DNA from: Octopus bimaculoides
Lineage: Eukaryota
Direction of reading: 5' to 3'
Assembly (NCBI RefSeq): GCF_001194135.2
Contig: NC_069006.1
Location: 3,636,717-3,700,716 of the forward strand
DNA length: 64,000 bases
Under the pieces are notes generated by a model. The model had not been told where the DNA came from, searched no databases, and saw nothing but the letters and a program-made list of their open reading frames with translations. Shown here piece by piece: positions 1-10,494 of the stretch; position 1 is the first letter of the stretch, and every line of letters starts with the position of its first letter. A program made the position numbers and the translations under genes.

Positions 1-44
<44 letters not shown>

Positions 45-409
45 TCAAAATGGAATGATATATATAAATATCATTTAGCAACTGAGCAGAAAACTGCCGA
101 GAGAGCAGCCTGGCTGCTGCTAGTATATACAATAATAATAATTATATTTCAAATTTTACCAAATTTCTTGGTACTTATTCAAAATGATGAAATAAATGCT
201 AATTTTCAAAAGAAATACATTTCTTTTGAAATAAAGAAAATTAAACAAAACAAAGCAATAATTCACATATTCATACTTAATGTGCTCTACCAAATTCAAA
301 TGTGAATATGCCAATCACTGGTGTATTTTGTCTGCAGAGAACAACTTCTTATTTCCCATTTATATAACTCCTCCCATCAACACTATCATTTACTCCTCCC
401 CCTCATCTG

Positions 410-760
410 ATTCTTTCTCTCTCACTCTGTGTGTGTGTTCATGTGTAGCCTTCTTTTTACTTATTGCCTGCCACCAAGCCTAGTATGTACATTCATTCTG
501 CACCTCTTATTCCTTCTCCTCATTTGTCCTTATGAGTCACTCTCTCACTCTGTGTGTGTGTGTATCCTTAGCATTCTTTTACTCATTGCATACCACTAAG
601 CCTAATATGTGCATTTATCCACCTCTTACTTCCTCTGTTTCTATGATTCTTTCTCTCTCATTGTGTATGCATGTGTTCGTAGCATTCTTTTACTCATTTC
701 ATGCCACTAAGCCTAGTATGTGCACTCGTCCTACACCTCTTATCTTTACTTTCTCTCCTC
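410..760. repeat. Degenerate tandem repeat, about 110-125 bp x3
   Basis: The block TCTCTCACTCTGTGTGTG...TAGCATTCTTTTACTCATT...CCACTAAGCCTAGTATGT...CACCTCTTA recurs three times. Confidence 0.7.
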
Positions 761-892
761 CTCCTCCTCCTCTCTCTATATAATATAACATAACTGGAGA
801 AATCAACAAACCAGCCAACAAATGTGTTAGCAGTTATTGTATAGAGAAAAGTTGGCTAATCTGATAATAAATTCCATGTTGCTGATATAAGG

Positions 893-1400
893 TGGTGGCT
901 CATGGCTTAGTGGTTAAGGTATTGGATTCATGATTGTAAGATTGTGGTTTCAATTCCTAGACTAGATAACACATTGTGTTCTTGAGCAAAGCACTTCATT
1001 TCATGTTGCCCCACTCCACTCAGCAGGCACATTTGAGTATTTCCTGTGACGGACTGGTGTTCCATCAAGGTTGCGGTGGGGGAGGATATATATGCCAGAG
1101 AAACCCGGAGACCAGCCCTGTGTTCCTTTCAGAGTAATGTGGACTAACCATACTGAAATAGACTGGTGGAGGTGCATGGTTCAGTGGTTTGGGTGTTCAT
1201 CTCACGATTGCAAAATTGTTGTTTTGATTCCTGGAGCGGGCAATGTGCTGTGTTATTGAGTAAAACACTTCATTCATGTCATGTTGCTCCACTCCACTGG
1301 TAAAAATGAGTTACCCCGCAACAGAATAGTATCTCATCCAGGGAGGAACTTATACACCAGGAAACCATCCCTATGCTCCTTATGGGGTCATGTGGACTAA
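893..1400 (+). mobile_element. Two tandem tRNA-derived SINE copies (family 3)
   Basis: A-box-like TGGCTTAGTGG, B-box-like GGTTTCAATTCC, and a TGTTCTTGAGCAAAGCACTTCAT core repeated at about 893 and 1165; another copy at about 18968-19200. Confidence 0.65.
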
Positions 1401-2795
1401 CCATGCTGTTGATATAAATGAAAAAGACAATTACACCCCAAAAAACTGCCTTGAGTAACACAAATCTTGATTGGAATAGTTAGAGAGGAAACTGTCTTCA
1501 ATATAAATATATTGAGTTCTGTTAGACAAATAAAATTTGATCTGTTTGATTATGTGTGTGTTAAAATGATAAGATTACATTTATGAGGTTGTTGTGACCA
1601 ACAGAATTCAATAAATTTGTTATATCAATGTAGAAAACATCTATCAAGTGTTTGTTATTATCTGTTTATTTTGTCCAAGTGTCTAGACAAGAGAGTTGTT
1701 GAGTAATTGTAGAGTGAGTGGTAGAAATGAAAGCCTTGTTGATTAATTGATAAAAGTTTATTGTGAGTTCAATAATTTAAAATATTTCTTCTTGTAAATC
1801 AATTTTTAAAAAAAACGATTTACTGTATGTGTTTAATAAAATAATTAATCAGAATTTTTTTTTTTTTTTTATATCAGATGGTAAGATTTTTCTAAACATA
1901 GGGGATATGTTGGCAACTTTCCAAATTGACAGAAATAGGTGCAGGTGTAGTTGTGTGGTTAAGAAGTTTGCTTCCTAACCATACAGTCTTGGGTTCAGTT
2001 CCACTGTGTGATACCTTGAGTAAGTGCCTTCTACTGTAGCCCTAGACCTACCAGAGGCCTGTGAGTGCATTTGGTAAACTGAAAAAATTCTATTGTGTGT
2101 GTGTGTGTGTGTGTGTGTGTNNNNNNNNNNNNNNNNNNNNNNNNNNNNNNNNNNNNNNNNNNNNNNNNNNNNNNNNNNNNNNNNNNNNNNNNNNNNNNNN
2201 NNNNNNNNNNNNNNNNNNNNNNNNNNNNNNNNNNNNNNNNNNNNNNNNNNNNNNNNNNNNNNNNNNNNNNNNNNNNNNNNNNNNNNNNNNNNNNNNNNNN
2301 NNNNNNNNNNNNNNNNNNNNNNNNNNNNNNNNNNNNNNNNNNNNNNNNNNNNNNNNNNNNNNNNNNNNNNNNNNNNNNNNNNNNNNNNNNNNNNNNNNNN
2401 NNNNNNNNNNNNNNNNNNNNNNNNNNNNNNNNNNNNNNNNNNNNNNNNNNNNNNNNNNNNNNNNNNNNNNNNNNNNNNNNNNNNNNNNNNNNNNNNNNNN
2501 NNNNNNNNNNNNNNNNNNNNNNNNNNNNNNNNNNNNNNNNNNNNNNNNNNNNNNNNNNNNNNNNNNNNNNNNNNNNNNNNNNNNNNNNNNNNNNNNNNNN
2601 NNNNNNNNNNNNNNNNNNNNNNNNNNNNNNNNNNNNNNNNNNNNNNNNNNNNNNNNNNNNNNNNNNNNNNNNNNNNNNNNNNNNNNNNNNNNNNNNNNNN
2701 NNNNNNNNNNNNNNNNNNNNNNNNNNNNNNNNNNNNNNNNNNNNNNNNNNNNNNNNNNNNNNNNNNNNNNNNNNNNNNNNNNNNNNNNNNNNNNN

Positions 2796-3420
2796 CTGGA
2801 TGCCCTTCCTAAAGCCAACCACTCCAAGAGTGTAGTAGGTGTTTTTATGAGCCAGTCAGGTGGCACTGGCATCGACCAAGCTCGAATGGTGCTTTTTATA
2901 TGCCACCAGCACAGGTGCTAGTCAGGTGGCACTGGCATAAGCCACGACTACTATTTCACTTGGCTCAACAGGTCTTCTCAAGCACAGCATATTGCCTGAC
3001 GATTGAAGGGGTACTTTTAAACAGACCAGTTATGTGACACTGGCATCACTTGGCTTGCTGGGGTTGTGCTTCACCACCTCATCCCATGTCTTCCTGGGTC
3101 TATTCTTCCACAGGTTCCCTCCACTGTTAGGGCATGACACTTCTTCACACAGCTGTCCCCATCCATATGCAACACATGACCATACCAGCGCAGTCGTCTC
3201 TCTTGTGCACCACATCTGATGCTTCTTATGCCCAACTTTTCTCTCAGGGCACTTACACTGTCGTGTATGCACACTGACATTACACATCCAGTGGAGCATA
3301 TGAGCTTCATTTCTTTCAAGCCTATGCTTGTCCTCAGCAATCATAGCCCATGTTTCACTGCAGTATAGCATGGCTTGGCTGTTCGCACACATGTATCATA
3401 CAGTCTACGTTTCACTCTGA
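2796..3420 (-). mobile_element. RTE-clade LINE 3' fragment (ORF C-terminus plus 3' UTR), degenerate
   Basis: Broken frames give MLYCSETW, ERRLRWYGHV and RPRKTWDEVVK, typical of the RTE C-terminus. It continues into the GAGTGGTTGGC..AGGAAGGGCATCCAG segment shared with the short (GAT)n-tailed copies. Confidence 0.85.
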
Positions 3421-3996
3421 GTGAAAGGCCCTTTTTATGTTAGTTATATATATATATATATATATATTAACCTCTTTGACTTGTTCTCAGTCTTTTGACT
3501 GTGGCCATGCTGNNNNNNNNNNNNNNNNNNNNNNNNNNNNNNNNNNNNNNNNNNNNNNNNNNNNNNNNNNNNNNNNNNNNNNNNNNNNNNNNNNNNNNNN
3601 NNNNNNNNNNNNNNNNNNNNNNNNNNNNNNNNNNNNNNNNNNNNNNNNNNNNNNNNNNNNNNNNNNNNNNNNNNNNNNNNNNNNNNNNNNNNNNNNNNNN
3701 NNNNNNNNNNNNNNNNNNNNNNNNNNNNNNNNNNNNNNNNNNNNNNNNNNNNNNNNNNNNNNNNNNNNNNNNNNNNNNNNNNNNNNNNNNNNNNNNNNNN
3801 NNNNNNNNNNNNNNNNNNNNNNNNNNNNNNNNNNNNNNNNNNNNNNNNNNNNNNNNNNNNNNNNNNNNNNNNNNNNNNNNNNNNNNNNNNNNNNNNNNNN
3901 NNNNNNNNNNNNNNNNNNNNNNNNNNNNNNNNNNNNNNNNNNNNNNNNNNNNNNNNNNNNNNNNNNNNNNNNNNNNNNNNNNNNNNNNNNNNNNNN

Positions 3997-4177
3997 GTAA
4001 AAGCACCCACTACACTCTCTGAGTGGTTGGCGTTAGGAAGGGCATCCAGCTGTAGAAACTCTGCCAAATCAGACTGGAGCCTGGTGTTGCCATCCGGTTT
4101 CACCAGTCCTCAGTCAAATCGTCCAACCCATGCTAGCATGGAAAGCGGACGTTAAACGATGATGATGATGATGATGA
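3997..4177 (+). mobile_element. 5'-truncated RTE 3' end with (GAT)n tail
   Basis: Reads GAGTGGTTGGCGTTAGGAAGGGCATCCAGCTG...CATGCTAGCATGGAAAGCGGACGTTAAAC(GAT)n; same 3' UTR as the RTE at 2796-3420. Confidence 0.8.
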
Positions 4178-4211
4178 TATATATATATATGTATATATAT
4201 TTATATATATG

Positions 4212-4242
<31 letters not shown>

Positions 4243-4801
4243 GTGTGAGTGCATGTATGCATCTCTAGTCATCATGTGACAGTTGTAAACCGTCATCGTT
4301 GTCGCCGTCATTATCGTCAACATCAAACAAGTGAGGTTGTTCATTTCCGATCTTCCATAAGAAGCATGTCTAGCCATGGAAAAATATTACCTTCACTGGA
4401 AACAGATGGGGTTGGCAACAGAAACTGGCACCCATGCTGGATATATGTGACATGTAAAAGGCACTCACTCATGCTGGTGATGTATAAGACACTTGTGCTG
4501 GCACAAGGTACAGGTGCCAGTGACACATAAACAGATACAGGTGCCAGTGATACATAAAAAGCATCCATGCCTCTGATGCATAAAAGGTACCCATGCTGGT
4601 TACACATTAGAGGTACCCGTGCCGGTAACACATAAAAGGTGTCTGTAGAGTTTATACAAATACATCAAAATGTTCTCCTCACCATTTCACTTTATAGTAT
4701 ATAGTAATACATATCTAGGTAGCTGCTGCATTCTAGTAGCTCTCATGCGAAACTGAGAGAGAAGACACATTTCTCATCAAAAAATAATGAAAGGAAATAC
4801 G

Positions 4802-4842
<41 letters not shown>

Positions 4843-5864
4843 ACATGTCTCTTAAAGGATAGAGTTTTTGGCTAAGACTGTTAACAGATACTATATATTN
4901 NNNNNNNNNNNNNNNNNNNNNNNNNNNNNNNNNNNNNNNNNNNNNNNNNNNNNNNNNNNNNNNNNNNNNNNNNNNNNNNNNNNNNNNNNNNNNNNNNNNN
5001 NNNNNNNNNNNNNNNNNNNNNNNNNNNNNNNNNNNNNNNNNNNNNNNNNNNNNNNNNNNNNNNNNNNNNNNNNNNNNNNNNNNNNNNNNNNNNNNNNNNN
5101 NNNNNNNNNNNNNNNNNNNNNNNNNNNNNNNNNNNNNNNNNNNNNNNNNNNNNNNNNNNNNNNNNNNNNNNNNNNNNNNNNNNNNNNNNNNNNNNNNNNN
5201 NNNNNNNNNNNNNNNNNNNNNNNNNNNNNNNNNNNNNNNNNNNNNNNNNNNNNNNNNNNNNNNNNNNNNNNNNNNNNNNNNNNNNNNNNNNNNNNNNNNN
5301 NNNNNNNNNNNNNNNNNNNNNNNNNNNNNNNNNNNNNNNNNNNNNNNNNNNNNNNNNNNNNNNNNNNNNNNNNNNNNNNNNNNNNNNNNNNNNNNNNNNN
5401 NNNNNNNNNNNNNNNNNNNNNNNNNNNNNNNNNNNNNNNNNNNNNNNNNNNNNNNNNNNNNNNNNNNNNNNNNNNNNNNNNNNNNNNNNNNNNNNNNNNN
5501 NNNNNNNNNNNNNNNNNNNNNNNNNNNNNNNNNNNNNNNNNNNNNNNNNNNNNNNNNNNNNNNNNNNNNNNNNNNNNNNNNNNNNNNNNNNNNNNNNNNN
5601 NNNNNNNNNNNNNNNNNNNNNNNNNNNNNNNNNNNNNNNNNNNNNNNNNNNNNNNNNNNNNNNNNNNNNNNNNNNNNNNNNNNNNNNNNNNNNNNNNNNN
5701 NNNNNNNNNNNNNNNNNNNNNNNNNNNNNNNNNNNNNNNNNNNNNNNNNNNNNNNNNNNNNNNNNNNNNNNNNNNNNNNNNNNNNNNNNNNNNNNNNNNN
5801 NNNNNNNNNNNNNNNNNNNNNNNNNNNNNNNNNNNNNNNNNNNNNNNNNNNNNNNNNNNNNNNN

Positions 5865-5903
<39 letters not shown>

Positions 5904-5925
5904 AATCAGCAAAAATATCACAAAA

Positions 5926-5965
5926 ACTGTTACTCAGAGTTTCACGCATCCTTTCGTCAGACTGT
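5926..5965 (-). ncRNA. Degenerate type I hammerhead ribozyme motif (second family) in a fold-back repeat
   Basis: ACAGT-CTGACGA-AAG(gatg)CGT-GAAAC-TCTGA-GTA^ACAGT. The core and GUA site are intact, with one mismatch each in helix I and helix II. A mirror copy lies on the + strand at 5961-5993. Confidence 0.5.
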
Positions 5966-6103
5966 CCAACAAACGGGAACGTGAAACTGAGTAAGTTTTT
6001 GTGATATTTTTGCTGCTTTTTAATAAAGCAAATTACTCTACCTCTGGTATTCAAGTACTATTTTTCCCACTTTGTTTCGCATTTATGTGCTTACTCTGGT
6101 ATC

Positions 6104-6263
6104 ATCATCATCATCATCGTTTAACGTCCGCTTTCCATGCTAGCATGGGTTGGACGATTTGACTGAGGACTGGTGAAACCGGATGGCAACACCAGGCTCC
6201 AATCTAATTTGGCAGAGTTTCTACAGCTGGATGCCCTTCCTAACGCCAACCACTCAGAGAGTG
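6104..6263 (-). mobile_element. 5'-truncated RTE 3' end with (GAT)n tail
   Basis: Near-identical reverse complement of 3997-4177 (2 differences seen over about 155 bp). Confidence 0.8.
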
Positions 6264-6580
6264 GTATATATATATATATGTGTCTTTGTGTTTCTCTCCC
6301 CCTATCACTTGACAATCAGTCTTGGTTTGTCTATGTCCCTGTAATTTATGGTTCAGCCCAAGAGACGGTGAGAATAAGTACAGGACTTAGAGAAATAAGT
6401 ACTGGTGCTGGGGTCAATTTGTTTGACTAAACTCTTTGAGGTGGTGCTCCAGCCTGGCTACAGTCCAGTAACTGAAGGAAGTAAAAGATAAAAGATAACT
6501 ACTTCAAAAACCTGCAACTCCTCTGCCCTGATTATAAACTCACCTAAATACCAGTAATTATTGATGCATTTGGTTTATAC

Positions 6581-6723
6581 ATTATTTACATTCGACAGAT
6601 ATTTGTCCTCATCCTGTTTGTTGTTAGCACATCGTTTCAGCTGATATACCCTCCAGCCTTCATCAGGTGTCTTGGGGAAATTTCGAACCTGGGTTCTCAT
6701 TCCTAAGGTATTTTTCAATGTTG

Positions 6724-6777
<54 letters not shown>

Positions 6778-6858
6778 TCACTGCCTGAAATCAAACTCAG
6801 AATCTTCGGGTTAGTAGCCTGCACTCTTAACCACTACGCCAAATGCCCGTGGGCATTT
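6581..6858 (-). mobile_element. Solo copy of the tRNA-head / hammerhead-tail repeat
   Basis: TGGCGTAGTGGTTAAGAGTG...GAGTTTGATTTC head, (AAT)n spacer, and GGAATGAGAACCCAGGTTCGAAATTTCCCCAAGACACCTGATGAAGGCTGGAGGGTATATCAGCTGAAACGATGTGCT tail; homologous to 21413-21654. Confidence 0.85.
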
Positions 6859-7545
6859 GGTTTATGTTAATAAATCTTCAAGTGACAATCCAGAAAACTA
6901 GGACTTTCCGTCAGAGGAAGACAGTGGATGACACCCACTTCTAAATACTATCACTAAATGAAACAGGAAANNNNNNNNNNNNNNNNNNNNNNNNNNNNNN
7001 NNNNNNNNNNNNNNNNNNNNNNNNNNNNNNNNNNNNNNNNNNNNNNNNNNNNNNNNNNNNNNNNNNNNNNNNNNNNNNNNNNNNNNNNNNNNNNNNNNNN
7101 NNNNNNNNNNNNNNNNNNNNNNNNNNNNNNNNNNNNNNNNNNNNNNNNNNNNNNNNNNNNNNNNNNNNNNNNNNNNNNNNNNNNNNNNNNNNNNNNNNNN
7201 NNNNNNNNNNNNNNNNNNNNNNNNNNNNNNNNNNNNNNNNNNNNNNNNNNNNNNNNNNNNNNNNNNNNNNNNNNNNNNNNNNNNNNNNNNNNNNNNNNNN
7301 NNNNNNNNNNNNNNNNNNNNNNNNNNNNNNNNNNNNNNNNNNNNNNNNNNNNNNNNNNNNNNNNNNNNNNNNNNNNNNNNNNNNNNNNNNNNNNNNNNNN
7401 NNNNNNNNNNNNNNNNNNNNNNNNNNNNNNNNNNNNNNNNNNNNNNNNNNNNNNNNNNNNNNNNNNNNNNNNNNNNNNNNNNNNNNNNNNNNNNNNNNNN
7501 NNNNNNNNNNNNNNNNNNNNNNNNNNNNNNNNNNNNNNNNNNNNN

Positions 7546-7600
<55 letters not shown>

Positions 7601-8495
7601 CAAGTTCTGATTAATAAGTATCCAAACTGTTGCCATAGTAATGAAGCTAAAGCATGCGGAGTGAAGCCACTTGGCAAAGATTGACCTTGAGCTTTGTTGT
7701 GCATGTGCACTAAGTTTTAACATTCTAGCTCACTACTGCTGTTTACAGCAGTGCTTGGAAGGAAGGTGTGTAGTGCGTGATCATCACATTGACCATGACA
7801 GAGAAAGTTGTCAGGGCGATACCTGCTCAGAGGCCTATGCAAAGTTGCTGAAAGTGTATGGAGATGAATGCATGAGCTGCACACAAATGTACAAGTAGTT
7901 CAGATGTTTTCAAGATGGTCGAAAAATATCAATATTAACAAACTTTCTGGAAGACCTGCAACCAGCAAAACTGTGAAAAACATGGCAGATGTGCGTGCAG
8001 CTGTGAGAGGAAATTATCAAATCACCATATGCGAGTTATCAGAGGATGTGCAGAGTAGGTATAGTTCAGTTCAGTCTATTATCTTCTGAAGATTTGGGTA
8101 TGAGACGCGTGTCTGCCGAGTTTTTGCCAAAACTGCTTTCAGCTAACTAAGAAGACACTTGGATTTCAGTTGCACAAGATCTCCTTGATTGTGTTGAGAA
8201 TGATGAAAACTTTTTGAAAACTTTGTGTAGGCCTCTGAGCAGGTATGACCAAGCTTTTGGCAAAATTTGATGCAGATTCTCTGCTCAACTTTATCTGTCA
8301 TGGTCAATGCGATGATCACATGCTATACGCATTCCTTCCAAGCCTTATTGTAAACAACAAAAGTGAGCTACCATGTTAAAACTTAGTGTGCATGCACAGC
8401 AGAGTTCAAGGTCAATTTGTGCCAAGTGGCTTCACTCTGCGTGCTTTAGCTTCCTTACTATGGCAACAGTCCGGATACTTATTGATCAGACCATT
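7601..8495 (+). mobile_element. Non-autonomous mariner derivative with about 250-280 bp inverted arms and a transposase N-terminal fragment
   Basis: The internal frames read GDTCSEAYAKLLKVYGDECMS..., SGRPATSKT, ITICELSEDV and EDLGMRRVSAEFLPKLLS, i.e. a mariner HTH region. 7606-7850 and 8220-8490 are inverted copies, and the outer ends abut TA. Confidence 0.85.
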
Positions 8496-9230
8496 ATGTA
8501 TCCAGAGACTGAATGGTAACTAACGAACCCAATGCTCGGAGACGNNNNNNNNNNNNNNNNNNNNNNNNNNNNNNNNNNNNNNNNNNNNNNNNNNNNNNNN
8601 NNNNNNNNNNNNNNNNNNNNNNNNNNNNNNNNNNNNNNNNNNNNNNNNNNNNNNNNNNNNNNNNNNNNNNNNNNNNNNNNNNNNNNNNNNNNNNNNNNNN
8701 NNNNNNNNNNNNNNNNNNNNNNNNNNNNNNNNNNNNNNNNNNNNNNNNNNNNNNNNNNNNNNNNNNNNNNNNNNNNNNNNNNNNNNNNNNNNNNNNNNNN
8801 NNNNNNNNNNNNNNNNNNNNNNNNNNNNNNNNNNNNNNNNNNNNNNNNNNNNNNNNNNNNNNNNNNNNNNNNNNNNNNNNNNNNNNNNNNNNNNNNNNNN
8901 NNNNNNNNNNNNNNNNNNNNNNNNNNNNNNNNNNNNNNNNNNNNNNNNNNNNNNNNNNNNNNNNNNNNNNNNNNNNNNNNNNNNNNNNNNNNNNNNNNNN
9001 NNNNNNNNNNNNNNNNNNNNNNNNNNNNNNNNNNNNNNNNNNNNNNNNNNNNNNNNNNNNNNNNNNNNNNNNNNNNNNNNNNNNNNNNNNNNNNNNNNNN
9101 NNNNNNNNNNNNNNNNNNNNNNNNNNNNNNNNNNNNNNNNNNNNNNNNNNNNNNNNNNNNNNNNNNNNNNNNNNNNNNNNNNNNNNNNNNNNNNNNNNNN
9201 NNNNNNNNNNNNNNNNNNNNNNNNNNNNNN

Positions 9231-9269
<39 letters not shown>

Positions 9270-9619
9270 GGGGAGATAGAGATACACACACAGGTATATC
9301 AAATACCATACAACAAAAATTCTTGATCTGTTAAAATTATCTCCACCTCTAAATGATGCATCATAATTCCCATATGGCAATTTAAGACCAATCCACTTGA
9401 CAAGGGGGAGATAATTTCAAATTTCATACATTTTCCAGTCAAAGGATAGGTTTGTTATCTGGAGGTAAGAGGACAGATGTGGACATATACATGCATTTTC
9501 GGTCAAAGCAGAATAATGTTGGCTAGCATGCCCTTAGCTGTACATCTGTCATGCTCATGTTGACATGAGACTGTTTAAGAGGAACATTAGAGGCACCTGT
9601 ATCACTGATATTGGAAGGA

Positions 9620-9885
9620 GACAGTAAATAAACTGACCTTGGGTAAATAAACTACCCCCAGGTCAATATCCTAACCTCAGGTAAATAAACTGATTGCAGA
9701 TCAAGAAACTGACCTAAGGTCAATATACTGGCCTCAGATAAATAAATTGATCACAGGTTAAAAAAATTGACCGAAGGTCAATATCCTGACCTGAGATAAA
9801 CTGATCATAGGTCAATATGCTGACCTCAGGTAAATAAATTGATCATAGGTCAAGAAACTAACCTTATGTCAATAGTGACCTCTGA
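9620..9885. repeat. Degenerate tandem repeat of palindromic units rich in AGGTCA/TGACCT
   Basis: Recurrent AGGTCA-n6-TGACCT-CAGGTAAATAAA units with a period of roughly 35-60 bp. Confidence 0.8.
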
Positions 9886-10494
9886 TCTCTGATGAATTAT
9901 CCTGTCTCTTTGCTACTAACTTATACCCCCCCCGCCCTCTCTCTTGTTCCCCACCTTCCCATATCCCTCTACTCACACTACTCTCTACTTCGTACACACT
10001 GTATGTTCTCCCTCCTCCTCTCGTATTGTCTCCTTCATTCGTGATTTACCCCACTACTAAACTTTCTCCCCTCCCCTACTCTTTCTCTCTTAGACAAGTG
10101 TCCGAGTCGTTGATTCGCTCAACACAACTCAATTCACTGTAATTTATTTATTCCACCCGACGGCCAATTCAGGACCTCACTTACTTGCCTACTTTGCAGT
10201 TACGTAGATTGGGTCGAGTATTTTTAAGCCAAAATATATTTCAGAATCTGTTTATGAATGTAGACTGACAAGCTCTTCGGAAATGGTTCACAAACGACGT
10301 AAAAATGAAGATAACGAAAGTATGTTTGATTAATGGAATATATTCGCTACAGTCGACATAACAACTTTCTTAAAAAAACATTTCCCCTTTACGTGACGTT
10401 TTCCTACAGCTATTTCACATATAATTTGGTGTTTCGTAACCACAACTATTCAAACGGGGGCACAGATGAAAGAATTTCTTCGAAGCCTCGCAGT

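Noticed and set aside
10333-10494. 54-aa N-terminal extension of TFIIA-L from the upstream in-frame ATG
   Set aside because: No similarity to TFIIA, and homology begins at Met 10495. It cannot be excluded without TSS data but is not supported.
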